From: a virus
Lineage: Duplodnaviria > Caudoviricetes
DNA: 64,000 bases
Virus record (IMG/VR): IMGVR_UViG_3300022666_000111
Strand: one strand, 5' to 3'
Positions 28,459 to 38,052 of the stretch are shown piece after piece; the stretch's first letter is position 1, and every line of letters starts with the position of its first letter. Both the position numbers and the translations under genes were made by a program. The notes below the pieces were generated by a model that was not told the origin of the DNA, searched no databases, and saw only the letters and a program-made list of their open reading frames with translations.

Positions 28459-28952
28459 TGAAGACCGGGGACCTCATAGATCTGGATGGCAAACGCTACC
28501 AAGTCGGTCAATTTCGACGTGACGTTAGGACCTTCATGGTTTACGACGTCACTGGAGTTGGGCGTGAGGTCCCAGACGACATTCCGCACAAGGTCGTGGC
28601 GCAACCGCCCTCCACGTGGCCCTTCATCACGTCGAAGGAGCATCCCAAACACGGGGCGGTAGCGTCCGTTCAGATCCCGTCCCGGCAGCGGGAGCTTACA
28701 CCTCTTGAGGATTGGGCGCCAAGTGAGCCCACCCGGGCAGGCGGCAGTATCTTCCTGAACCCTGCCTTGGGGCTACGCCTTGGGGATACCGTCAACGTCA
28801 CGCTCCGATCGGGAAAGATCGTCCGTGTGACCATACAGAGGTCCTTTGCGTCGGTTCCACAGCGGATCGAAAGAGCTGCGGCCAAACCCAAGGAGCCAAA
28901 GACTGCTTTTGACCATCTCCTAGAGGGAGATGACGATGAAGATACCCCTTGA
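28458..28952 (+). CDS. Hypothetical protein with KTAFDHLLEGDDD tail
   Basis: GGTGTAG at 28441-28447; shared acidic tail. Confidence 0.6.
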   Translation: MKTGDLIDLDGKRYQVGQFRRDVRTFMVYDVTGVGREVPDDIPHKVVAQPPSTWPFITSKEHPKHGAVASVQIPSRQRELTPLEDWAPSEPTRAGGSIFLNPALGLRLGDTVNVTLRSGKIVRVTIQRSFASVPQRIERAAAKPKEPKTAFDHLLEGDDDEDTP

Positions 28953-29538
28953 AGTCGATCGCGCCGTGGGTGCAATGCGGGTTGCCCGTTCCAGCATCCT
29001 CGAGGAGTTCACCCGGAAGAACGTGATGGGCACCACCTGTAGTGAGGGGTGTCACCATTGCTGCTATTGGCCGGTAGCGATATCGGTCCTTGAAGGGGCG
29101 GAGATCTACCTGCACCTCAAGGCGCAACACCGTTGGACGACGTCATTGGCGGCTCGACTTGACCAAGCGGCGACGGCGGTAACGGGGCTCAGCTATCCTG
29201 TGTGGCTGCATTCCGAGACACCGTGCGTCTTCCTCGAGAAGGGGCGCTGCTCGATCTATGCGGCAAGGCCAACGGCGTGTCGCAGCGCAATCTCTAAGGG
29301 GGACCCCTTGGATTGTAACGTCCATCGGTTAATCCAAGCGCAAAGCCTGGTCCCACGGGTTTCCGTCATGACGCGGTTTCACCAAGAGGAGCAGGCTATC
29401 CTCAAGCAATTCAAGGGTGACTGGCATACCATGCCGATCCCTACGGCGGTCCTTGTAGCGCATCGCATCTGCTCTGGGGAGTTCAACCTGAGCCAGGCCC
29501 GCGCGGCGGTGTTCGTTGAACACTTGGGGAGGATGTGA
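28930..29538 (+). CDS. YkgJ-family Cys-cluster protein
   Basis: CSEGCHHCC, CVFL..GRCSIYAARPTACR. Confidence 0.85.
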   Translation: MTMKIPLEVDRAVGAMRVARSSILEEFTRKNVMGTTCSEGCHHCCYWPVAISVLEGAEIYLHLKAQHRWTTSLAARLDQAATAVTGLSYPVWLHSETPCVFLEKGRCSIYAARPTACRSAISKGDPLDCNVHRLIQAQSLVPRVSVMTRFHQEEQAILKQFKGDWHTMPIPTAVLVAHRICSGEFNLSQARAAVFVEHLGRM

Positions 29539-29825
29539 TGATTTGCTCGGTATGCCGAAAAGAGAAGCCTTGCCCTCACAAGGTCACGCTGACCCAGGAG
29601 CAGCTTGAATCAATGCGCAAGCTCACGGGGCATGACCTCCCGGAGAGCTTCTACTACTGCGAGCCGTGCTGGCGCGTAGTGATGGATCGTGAACGCGGGG
29701 CGGCGCTTCTTCGGGGGCTCTACCAGACCGCGTTGACCAACCTCGGACATCCAAATGCCGTCAAAGCAGGGGAACGCCTACAAGCATTCCTCCTTGATAA
29801 GACCAGGAAAGGTAAGCCGTCGTGA
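29538..29825 (+). CDS. Zn-finger hypothetical protein
   Basis: CSVC...CEPC. Confidence 0.55.
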   Translation: MICSVCRKEKPCPHKVTLTQEQLESMRKLTGHDLPESFYYCEPCWRVVMDRERGAALLRGLYQTALTNLGHPNAVKAGERLQAFLLDKTRKGKPS

Positions 29826-30490
29826 GTGACAACAAGTTCGAAGCCTTGATGCAACACCTTAACGGGATCCGTGAAAAGTACGGCGACGACGCCTACAAAT
29901 CGGCCGCTACGGACATCGCGGGGCAATTCTTGGCGCAAGGAGGGGAGACCGCTGCCTTCGCCCGAGAGGCTTTCAAGGGCGTCGTTGATTTCGACGCCGT
30001 AGAGAAGCAGCGGGCTGAAATGCCTGCGGACAATCCCATCCTGGCGGCCATTCAACAGCAAGTCCCGGGGATCAAGTCACAAGCGCAATTCAACGTCTTC
30101 ATGGCAGCCTTTGACGCCCTGCGGGCCACCATGAACGCCATCTTCACGGGCAACGACGCTGACGAGGCCAAGGGTAAGAAGGCTCTTGAGTCAGCCTATG
30201 AGGCCGCACACAAGGCGACCGAGATCACAGGTAAGCTCACAGACGTCCCGGAGGCCGCTACCAGCAAGGCCGCCGAAGAATTCAAGAACCCTCCACGTCA
30301 ATTCACGGAGCTGGCCGAACAACGTGCCCTCCTCACCGAGCTTGGCGAGATCAAGAGCACCGACGACCTCAACACGTGGTACGCTGCCAACCGCTCCCGT
30401 ATTGACCGGGTTGTAAGTCAATCGCTACGCAACGCTCTCTTCGACTCGATTCGACAGAAGAGGGACGCGCTTTCCGCCTCCTCGGTGTAG
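29822..30490 (+). CDS. Helical hypothetical protein
   Basis: GTGA coupling; stop within GGTGTAG. Confidence 0.6.
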   Translation: MSDNKFEALMQHLNGIREKYGDDAYKSAATDIAGQFLAQGGETAAFAREAFKGVVDFDAVEKQRAEMPADNPILAAIQQQVPGIKSQAQFNVFMAAFDALRATMNAIFTGNDADEAKGKKALESAYEAAHKATEITGKLTDVPEAATSKAAEEFKNPPRQFTELAEQRALLTELGEIKSTDDLNTWYAANRSRIDRVVSQSLRNALFDSIRQKRDALSASSV

Positions 30491-30499
30491 AACCGGGGC

Positions 30500-30697
30500 A
30501 TGCCACACCCTGATCGAGACCACTGGTGGTATTGTCAAGCCAATGAGACCTTGCTACAAGGCCCTGGGTTTGATTTCAAGACCCTTGTCGCCGTCGAGGC
30601 GAATGACCTTGTCGTGCGGACCGGGATCGACCCGGATAACCCGATCCGGATTCCTCTCCCCTTGCTTGAAAATCTCCTGCGAAAGGCTGAAGGATGA
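30500..30697 (+). CDS. Hypothetical protein
   Basis: ATG 9 nt after GGTGTAG (30484-30490). Confidence 0.55.
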   Translation: MPHPDRDHWWYCQANETLLQGPGFDFKTLVAVEANDLVVRTGIDPDNPIRIPLPLLENLLRKAEG

Positions 30698-31632
30698 CTC
30701 TCTCCATTGAAAAGCTACGAAGCATCAAGACCATCATCACGCATGATGTGTGCCCTGATGGCACCGCCTCGGCCCTGATCCTCCAAGACGCTCTGGCTGA
30801 GAACGGGCTCACGGTCAAGTTCATCCAATACGGGACGGAGGCGATGGCTGCGCTCCAGCCGGAGCCTGGGATGATCTTCTGCGACGTGCATCCCAACGAG
30901 GACATGGCGCAAGCCTTCGCGGACGCCGGGGCGATCCTCCTTGACCATCACCGGACGGCAGAGCATGTCGTCAAGCTCTTCGGGGACAATGGTGTCTACT
31001 CCGCCGAGCCTGGGGTGAGCGGGGCGACCTTGGCCTACCGTGAGGTATGGCTTCCGGCCGTCGAGGCGAAGCTCTCGGAGCACCACGCCTCCAAGACGAT
31101 GGTCGAACGGATCGCGACGCTTGCGGGCATCCGTGACACTTGGCAGAAGACAGATCCTCAATGGATCGAAGCCTGCCATCAATCCTACGGGCTCATGTTC
31201 CTCCCGCAGGAAGCCTTCATCGGGTCGGTATCCGCGACGCTTAGCCCTCCCTTCTGGTCCAACCTCATGTGGGCTGGAAAGGTTCAGTATGAGAAGGGTT
31301 TGCGCCGGGTTGAACGGGCTGTCCGTGACGCCTACCGCTTCACGTCGGCCAAGGGGACCCGGGTTGCGGTATTCGAGGGAGTCAAGATGACGAGTGACGC
31401 TGCCGAGGTAGCCTCGGACATCGACCTCATCGTCGGGTTCGACTACTACGTCGACAAGGGGATCCCCAAGGCGGTCTTCTCGACGCGTAGCCGGACGACC
31501 TTTGACTGCGGGTCTTTCTGCAAGGCCCAGGGCGGTGGGGGCCACACCAAGGCGGCAGGCTTCAACGTGCCCAACCCCAAGCAGGACCCCTGGTCCATTG
31601 TGATGGAACGCGTCAACGCGTTTGAGGGGTGA
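30694..31632 (+). CDS. DHH/DHHA1 phosphoesterase
   Basis: H..CPDG, FCD, LDHH, SGA, RDTW, STRS, GGGGHTKAAGF. Confidence 0.9.
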   Translation: MTLSIEKLRSIKTIITHDVCPDGTASALILQDALAENGLTVKFIQYGTEAMAALQPEPGMIFCDVHPNEDMAQAFADAGAILLDHHRTAEHVVKLFGDNGVYSAEPGVSGATLAYREVWLPAVEAKLSEHHASKTMVERIATLAGIRDTWQKTDPQWIEACHQSYGLMFLPQEAFIGSVSATLSPPFWSNLMWAGKVQYEKGLRRVERAVRDAYRFTSAKGTRVAVFEGVKMTSDAAEVASDIDLIVGFDYYVDKGIPKAVFSTRSRTTFDCGSFCKAQGGGGHTKAAGFNVPNPKQDPWSIVMERVNAFEG

Positions 31633-31633
31633 T

Positions 31634-32272
31634 ATGCCAAGAGGCTATATCGCCACAACCCTGGCCGAGCTTGACGCCCTTCATGGGCAGCTCGTGCCGG
31701 GGTCGCACCTCGTCTTCCTCGGCGGGCTTGACGGGGGCATTCAAGGACGTCGCAGGGGGCTTGTCCTACGGGACACCTGCCTCCTCGTGACGGCTGACCA
31801 AGTCCGCTATGCCTACCTCCTACGCAAACCCCTGGAGGGCACGTTGGTGAGCAACCTCATCAAGCATGACGTGGGGGTTTTGAACATCCCGGTTTGCCGC
31901 TGCACGGCGGATGCCTCGGCTTGGCAGGCAAGCATCCAGACGGGCAGGTTCCCTTCCAACGTCCTCCTCGTCCACCAAGGGGGGTGCCGTGTTGAAGGGA
32001 CGCGACGGGTTCATAGCGGCAAGACGCCGGAGGTCCTTGGAGAGCGCGTGAGCGGTCTCTACAACATCGGGACCGATCGTAAGCTCCCCTCGGCATGGAT
32101 GTCCAAATGCTACGGGGATGAAGAAGGAATGGAAACCCTCGTTCAATGGGTTTGCGAGGCGGGCTGCCCCGCTATGACCGTCGACGAGGGTGAAGGCAAC
32201 ACCCGCTACCACCCGCAATTCAGATCCTACGCTGATGCTTTGGCTTGGCTCCAGGCCCTCGTTGACGCTTAG
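31634..32272 (+). CDS. Degenerate remnant of a phage amino-DNA methyltransferase
   Basis: LVPGSHL..LGG, RKPLEGT..SN...VG.LNI..CR and GRFPSNVLL segments; no DPPY or FxGxG motif. Confidence 0.5.
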   Translation: MPRGYIATTLAELDALHGQLVPGSHLVFLGGLDGGIQGRRRGLVLRDTCLLVTADQVRYAYLLRKPLEGTLVSNLIKHDVGVLNIPVCRCTADASAWQASIQTGRFPSNVLLVHQGGCRVEGTRRVHSGKTPEVLGERVSGLYNIGTDRKLPSAWMSKCYGDEEGMETLVQWVCEAGCPAMTVDEGEGNTRYHPQFRSYADALAWLQALVDA

Positions 32273-32444
32273 TCTCCCGCAGGAACGATACGTCCTCCGC
32301 CACAAATGCCGTGAAGGGAAGCATGGCGAGCAAAGCCAGTGAGCCCACCTTCGTGTTCAGCAAGGCAAAGCACAAGACCGTCGTGATTGCCATTCCAACG
32401 AAAGCGATGAGGGTAGCGTATCGGCAGAAGTTTGAAACTCTCAT
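32220..32444 (-). CDS. Small two-TM membrane protein
   Basis: Downstream of GTTGATC-N13-GGCATA (32456-32481). Confidence 0.5.
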   Translation of the reverse strand: MRVSNFCRYATLIAFVGMAITTVLCFALLNTKVGSLALLAMLPFTAFVAEDVSFLRETKRQRGPGAKPKHQRRI

Positions 32445-32476
32445 GGTGTCCTTAGTATGCCGTTGTAGGTAACGGA

Positions 32477-33085
32477 TCAACGAGAAAGCTGTGTCCAAAT
32501 CCAATCGACCCAAGTAGTTCGGCCTTTGGCGGTGGGGTGGAGGAGGTCAGAGCCCATCTCGGCATTGGATTCACGTCCGTCGAGGTAGGGGGTCTTGGAG
32601 TCATTGATCATGGCTTTGAAGGCGTCCAGGCCGGGCACAGCGCGGGCGAGGCAGTCTTTCATGGCGTGACACACGGTGGGGTCGGTTGAGCCGATCTTGG
32701 GCGGACCAAGCCAGACGATGCGGGTTGCTCCGGTACGGTTGAGGCGGTTCAAAAGCGTTGTGAGGTACGGGGGCTCATTGGTGATGATGCGCGTCCCCAT
32801 ACAGGCGTCGTTGGCGCCAAGGGCTACGAGGATGATCGTCGGCTTGAAGGCGCGGGCACGCCAATGCTCCCGGTGGAGGCTGGTCGCCCATTGGATGACG
32901 GTGCTCCCCGCCTTGGGATCGCCGCCAAAGGGGACGCCTTCAGCCTTTGCCTTGGCGGCCAGGTATGGGTAAATGAGGTAGCCGTTACTGTCACCGATGA
33001 GCCAAACGCGATCGGTGGCCTTAATCTCGGCCTTAGCCGTCGTGGCTGTGAGCAGTAGGGCTAGAATCAGGGGAAGATGCTTCAT
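32477..33085 (-). CDS. Secreted SGNH/GDSL hydrolase
   Basis: Signal peptide MKHLPLILALL; IGDS, AGS, LGAND, DLLHP blocks. Confidence 0.8.
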   Translation of the reverse strand: MKHLPLILALLLTATTAKAEIKATDRVWLIGDSNGYLIYPYLAAKAKAEGVPFGGDPKAGSTVIQWATSLHREHWRARAFKPTIILVALGANDACMGTRIITNEPPYLTTLLNRLNRTGATRIVWLGPPKIGSTDPTVCHAMKDCLARAVPGLDAFKAMINDSKTPYLDGRESNAEMGSDLLHPTAKGRTTWVDWIWTQLSR

Positions 33086-33095
33086 GGGTGATTTT

Positions 33096-33134
33096 CTACA
33101 CCAAAGAGGTTGATCTCTCGTAGGGTTAGGCATA
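33096..33134. promoter_or_regulatory. Divergent GGTGTAG (-) and GTTGATC-N13-GGCATA (+) elements
   Basis: CTACACC 33096-33102; GTTGATC 33109-33115; GGCATA 33129-33134; ATG 33143. Confidence 0.7.
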
Positions 33135-33142
33135 AGAGGGAC

Positions 33143-33481
33143 ATGGCAACCTTCAGGAAAGATAACCGAACAGGCGAGTGGAAAGTTTTTGGAACGGCTG
33201 ACGAGGTGGCCCCCGGGTCCGTCAGTGTTCGCAAATCGGATGGTACGTCGAAGACGGTTCAAGTGGATCGCGTGTCCAAGCCCTTCGACGTCAATGGGGT
33301 CCTGCACGTCTACGGCTACATTGCCGCCAGCACAGCGGCGTCAACGAGCACGGGGAGCTGCTGCGCGGAGTGCGGCGCACCAAGCTCACGGATGACCATG
33401 TGTTCGGATTCGAATGGCATCCAGGGACCCTGCTGCCCACGATGCGCAAGGATGTCACGCTTCGAACGCTCCTTCGCATAA
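33143..33481 (+). CDS. Small protein with C-terminal Zn finger
   Basis: CAECG...CPRC; ATG 8 nt after GGCATA. Confidence 0.6.
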   Translation: MATFRKDNRTGEWKVFGTADEVAPGSVSVRKSDGTSKTVQVDRVSKPFDVNGVLHVYGYIAASTAASTSTGSCCAECGAPSSRMTMCSDSNGIQGPCCPRCARMSRFERSFA

Positions 33482-33507
33482 TCCTCCTGTGACCGGGCGA
33501 TGATGTT

Positions 33508-34134
33508 ATGCGCGACCTCATCGCCCGTGTTGCTGCCCGCTATGAATGTCAGGACCTCCTTCGGCAAATCCAAGGGGGTAAGCCTGCGATCCTCGTCCTG
33601 GTCACATCCTACCCTGGGATGGACATCCGCGTTTATCCCACAGAGGACCTCCCGCCCGAAAGGGTCGCGGCGCTTGACACCTACCTCCAGGGGATCTTCA
33701 CGGCCAAGAAGATCGAAGACTACGGCCCATGTAAGGACCCCGGGGGCGCCCCGCTCTCCTACATGGTTCAGTCAGCTTGGGAGCACATCAAAGACGCCCT
33801 CTTGGGAGTCTCTTGGGAGGGGGCACCTTTCAAGCTCCTGCTCAACCCACAGCCTTCGCTCTATCCGGATGCCGAAAGGCATCACTTGGTCATCGACTCC
33901 TACGGGGAAACCTTCGAGGCTATCTTGAGGGTTCTCAAAGCCATCAAGGCGCTAGGCGACGCGGGACATTCAACCTCTGTCGACATTGATGGGAAGGCCG
34001 TTGCTGGTGTTGACGGTGACGGCGCCGACCGCATTGAGGAGATTCTCGTGGACGGTAAATCTCTAGACAGGATCGCTTCCTGTGTGGTGGCCAAGTACAA
34101 GGCCAAGAAGAAGGTCAAGACCAAAACATCTTGA
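33508..34134 (+). CDS. Hypothetical protein with LIARVAARY tag (N-terminal part of an ancestral TopIB fusion)
   Basis: C-terminus RIASCVVAKYKAKKKVKTK duplicates the TopIB N-terminus. Confidence 0.65.
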   Translation: MRDLIARVAARYECQDLLRQIQGGKPAILVLVTSYPGMDIRVYPTEDLPPERVAALDTYLQGIFTAKKIEDYGPCKDPGGAPLSYMVQSAWEHIKDALLGVSWEGAPFKLLLNPQPSLYPDAERHHLVIDSYGETFEAILRVLKAIKALGDAGHSTSVDIDGKAVAGVDGDGADRIEEILVDGKSLDRIASCVVAKYKAKKKVKTKTS

Positions 34135-34159
34135 CCGTGTGTAACGGTAGCGGTATGTT
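34131..34159 (+). promoter_or_regulatory. Sigma70-type promoter of the HNH gene
   Basis: TTGACC-N17-TATGTT, ATG 6 nt later. Confidence 0.55.
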
Positions 34160-34165
34160 GTCAGT

Positions 34166-35029
34166 ATGTCTTGCACTGCTGAAGGTTGCCAGGAAGTCGC
34201 GCGTATTAGGGGCTTGTGTCTGAGGCATTACCACTTGGCGCGACGGTCAGGTACCCTGGACGTCAAACGCCGGGGTCGGGCTTGCCAGGTAGCAGGATGC
34301 CCTGAACCGCACTATGCTAAGGGGTACTGCTCGGGCCACTATGACGCTTGGAAGCGGTGGGGGGATCCCTTAAAACGGGTTCGCGGACACAGAGGTGACG
34401 GTCATGTTGACCGTTTTGGCTACAGGTGGGTTTCCATTGATGGGAGGCTTGTTTTGGAGCACCGTGTCATTATGGAGGCCACCCTCGGTAGACCGCTTCA
34501 ACCAGGAGAAAGGGTCACACACCTGAATGGGGACAGATCTGATAACCGGATCGAAAACCTGAGCATCGCAACCAAAGGGTACATTTCCAAAAAGGGTCAC
34601 CGGGTACTCAGTGTTAAGGGTAAGCAAGTCCTTGAGCATCGCCTGGTTATGGAACGGCATCTTGGTAGAAGCCTTGGTGCAAATGAGCAGGTGCTGCACA
34701 GGAACGGAGATCCCCTAGATAACCGTTTGGAGAATCTCCTGATCCGCAACACCACTCCCGGAAGCTCGGATGGCTACATCTATGTGTATGTGGCAGGGCG
34801 GGGTAATGTGGCGGAGCACCGCTGGCTTATGGAGGGGATTCTAGGACGACCTTTGACATCCGATGAGAGCGTCCACCACCGTAATGGTGACCGTCAAGAT
34901 AACAGAGCCGAAAACTTGGAGTTGTGGTCAAGGTACCAGCCCTCCGGACAACGTGTGGCGGATAAGCTAAAGTGGGCGCGGGAGATAATCTCTCGTTATG
35001 GACACCTTGAGCATGCTGCGTCTAGCTGA
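34166..35029 (+). mobile_element. Free-standing HNH homing endonuclease (three tandem HNH units)
   Basis: Three EHR..ME..LGR.L...E.VxHxNGD..DNR.ENL repeats; two N-terminal CxxxGC...GxCxxHY motifs. Confidence 0.9.
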
Positions 35030-35870
35030 ACGGGTTGTGGCCCGCTACCAGTCAAAACACCGCGTCAAAACGAAAGACGGGGACGAAATGGTGGTCTACG
35101 AGTATTCGGAGCGCCAGATCGCCAACCGAAACCGTAAGAAGGCGGAACGCCTCGAGAAGCTCAAGAAGAACATCGGCAACCTCCGCAAACGCGTCCAGCA
35201 GGACCTCAAGAGCAGTGACCCTGACACCATGCTATCCGCCCTGGCGGTAGCCCTCATCGACCACACGTATGAACGTGTAGGGAACGAGGAGTCTGCTGAT
35301 GATGGGCACTTCGGGGTCACCGGGTGGACCCGCAAGCACATTAGCTTCGGTCGTGGGAACGCGACGGTGAAGTACGTTGGCAAGTCCGGCGTGAAGCACA
35401 CCAAGAAGATCTCCGACGCCAGCATTCTCAAGGCCCTCAAGGATGTCTACGAGGCCCGGGAGGACGAGGACGAGAGCATCTTCACGCATGACTTGGGGAA
35501 GGTTGATGCCCGCAAGGTCAACGCCTACCTCAAGCAATTTGACGTGACAGCCAAGGACCTCCGAGGCTTCCACGCCAATCGAGAAATGCAAGAGCGCCTC
35601 AAGGAGATTCGCTCCAAGGGCAAGGCGCTATCCGAAGACAAGAAGGCCCGGGAGAAGCAGCTCAAGGCGGAATTCCTCAAAGCGCTTGAGGCAACGGCTG
35701 AGGCTGTCGGGCATGAGCCTGCGACCCTACGGTCGCAGTATTTGGTTCCGGGGCTCGAGGACGAGTACGTTAACAAGGGTACCGTAATGCCGTCCTTCAA
35801 AAAAGACGCTTCCAGTCTTGCAATACGCGTCATTCAACGCTATCTTGGGGCATGCTCAAGAAATGGGTGA
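35013..35870 (+). CDS. DNA topoisomerase IB (catalytic domain)
   Basis: Pentad in YERVGNE (R), VGKSG (K), AKDLRGFHAN (R), VGH (H), LRSQY (Y). Confidence 0.85.
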   Translation: MLRLAERVVARYQSKHRVKTKDGDEMVVYEYSERQIANRNRKKAERLEKLKKNIGNLRKRVQQDLKSSDPDTMLSALAVALIDHTYERVGNEESADDGHFGVTGWTRKHISFGRGNATVKYVGKSGVKHTKKISDASILKALKDVYEAREDEDESIFTHDLGKVDARKVNAYLKQFDVTAKDLRGFHANREMQERLKEIRSKGKALSEDKKAREKQLKAEFLKALEATAEAVGHEPATLRSQYLVPGLEDEYVNKGTVMPSFKKDASSLAIRVIQRYLGACSRNG

Positions 35871-36709
35871 TCTATTCCCTTGAAGATCCGCGCGGTGGTG
35901 GTGTACGATACGTAGGCATCACACACCAAGAACCCCAAAAGAGACTTCGAGGGCACTTGTCCAAAGCCCGTCGAGGTGCCCGTTCCCACCTGTTCAACTG
36001 GATCAGGAAGCTTCAAGCAGATGGCGTTGAGCCTATCTTGCGTGTACTTGAATCGGGCTCTGGGGAAGGGTGGGGTGCTGCCGAAACTCAATGGATTGCG
36101 TGGCATCGTACACTAGGCTGCGACCTCACAAACGCCACAGATGGTGGGGAGGGATGCCCAGGTCACAAGGTATCCCTGGAGGCTCGTCAGAAGATGCGTG
36201 AGGCTCGACTGGGGAAACCCTTGAGCCCTGAGCACAAGGCGAAGGTGGCTGCGGGTAATCGCGGCAAGAAAATGCGTCCCGAGTCCATTGCGTTGGGTGT
36301 TGAAAAGAGGTGTGGGTTCAAACATACCGCCGAAGCACGAGCGAAGATATCTGCTGCCAGAAAAGGGAAGGCGGGGTGGATCCCCACCCCTGATGTGTTA
36401 GCTAAACGTGCGCGAGCAATACAAGCGGCTATGTCGAACAAACGCGCGGCTGGGGGAACGTTTAGCCCTGATGCAGCAACTCGCGCCAAGATCAGCCAGG
36501 CCAACAAGGGTCTGAAGCGGAGCCCTGAAACCCGCGCCAGGATGTCAGCGGCGCGTAAGGCGGTTTGTGCTAAAGAACGAGAACGGACGGGGAAGCAATT
36601 GGGAGAGAGAGCCTCCCACAAGACATGCCCTATATGTGGGCTTCACATGCACAGACAAAGCAAGACTTGCAGAAGTTGTTTTGAAAAGGCTAAGACACAC
36701 TGTTGTTAG
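35852..36709 (+). mobile_element. GIY-YIG homing endonuclease with NUMOD3-like repeats
   Basis: VIYSL.DPR...RYVGIT, E..WI, LTN.TDGGEG, H..E.RAKIS repeats. Confidence 0.9.
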
Positions 36710-36738
36710 ATCGGGTCCCAGGGCTTGAGGAGGACTTC

Positions 36739-37152
36739 ATGGCGGACGGTAAGGTGGACGGCAATTTCGTCAAGTCAGCATCCTTGGAGCAGCGCGTGGT
36801 ACAGCGCTACCTAGCGGATCGACGGGCAGCGGCCAAGTTTGCCGTCGTCGATACCTACGCGGCGCTTGTCAAGAAGTGTCATGATGCGGAGTACACTGGG
36901 GTCCAAAAGATCCTGGCCCGGGTCAATCTGATCGCGAAGACCATTGGCTACACTCTTGACATGCAGCAATCCTACCTCGAGGCGCGGACCGGGAGCGAGA
37001 CGACCATTGAAGGTCGGTTGCGCTTCAAGGAGATCCCCGGGGCGAGGAATATCGTCCTGGGAGAATCCGCTATTCACACGGCTATGCGTGACCTCTTTGA
37101 CCTGTGGTCCTACCCACGTATGAACCAGGATGGGTTCGACATTAGTGTCTAA
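36739..37152 (+). CDS. Orphaned original C-terminal part of the TopIB fusion (LEQRVVQRYL tag)
   Basis: Preceded in frame by VPGLEEDF, matching TopIB VPGLEDEY; SD GAGGAGG before ATG 36739. Confidence 0.55.
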   Translation: MADGKVDGNFVKSASLEQRVVQRYLADRRAAAKFAVVDTYAALVKKCHDAEYTGVQKILARVNLIAKTIGYTLDMQQSYLEARTGSETTIEGRLRFKEIPGARNIVLGESAIHTAMRDLFDLWSYPRMNQDGFDISV

Positions 37153-37203
37153 AGCGCCGCTCATACATTGATCGACACCCTCCAGGGGTGTAGTATGGGC
37201 ATC

Positions 37204-38052
37204 ATGCAGATTGCAGAACTACACTTAGCACCAAGCAACGTTGAGGAGACGCTTCACCGTATCCTTGACGACCTGGACCTTCCTCGCGTAGAGGCGCGGA
37301 CGGGGCTTCGGCTTTCCGAGCTGGTCCCACGCCTTCGTGAGTACCGCCACAATCAAGATCAATTCCACCAGGGCGAAACGATCCTTGAGCACATCCAGAT
37401 GGTTCTCGAGGATCTCGAGCGCATCACGGTTGGGTTGGGCTACCCAGACAGGCAGCTCCTCAACGCCACGGCGCTCTTCCACGACCTGGGGAAGGCTTAC
37501 ACGCGGACCGTTGAGGACGGCCGGTTCAAGTATCACCGGCACGCTGAGGTCAGCGGGCTCGTCTACGACGCTCTCATGGCTCAAGAAACTAGCCAGGAGT
37601 TCTTCCTGATCCGAGACCTTGTCCGGCTACACGACGTCTTCTTGGATCTTGCGCGGGCGCGACGGGAGGCCACTGGGGGATCGCTGCGTTACCTCAACCG
37701 GCTCATGACGGAGCCTCTCGTTCAGCAAGGGCGGCTCTACTTGCTCCTACACTTCGTTCAAGCGGATACCGCGAGGGCGCAGCAGGATAACGCCTCCGCC
37801 CGGAGCCTCCAGCGTGTCTTGAGCGACATCGAATCCTACCAGATTCGTCAAGCTGAAGAGGTCGAGCTACGACGCCGGATGCAAGAACGGGCTGTGACAC
37901 ATGCCGATGCCATCCGTGACCTTGTCCAAGAGGTCCCAGAAGCCGCAGCGGTCCTCCCTAACATCTCCGCTATGAACGAGATTCTGGGCCGCGTTCGTCG
38001 CTACGACCTCATTCGGGCTACGCAAGCTATCCTGCAAGGGAGCCCCACATGA
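37204..38052 (+). CDS. HD-domain phosphohydrolase
   Basis: H...ILEH, LFHDLGK, HAEVS, LHD, AD; ATTGATC-N13-GGTGTAG upstream (37167-37193). Confidence 0.8.
   Translation: MQIAELHLAPSNVEETLHRILDDLDLPRVEARTGLRLSELVPRLREYRHNQDQFHQGETILEHIQMVLEDLERITVGLGYPDRQLLNATALFHDLGKAYTRTVEDGRFKYHRHAEVSGLVYDALMAQETSQEFFLIRDLVRLHDVFLDLARARREATGGSLRYLNRLMTEPLVQQGRLYLLLHFVQADTARAQQDNASARSLQRVLSDIESYQIRQAEEVELRRRMQERAVTHADAIRDLVQEVPEAAAVLPNISAMNEILGRVRRYDLIRATQAILQGSPT

Noticed and set aside
34134-36714. Group I introns around TopIB
   Set aside because: Inserts are filled by ORFs with no recognisable ribozyme core, and the duplicated gene ends make splicing unnecessary.
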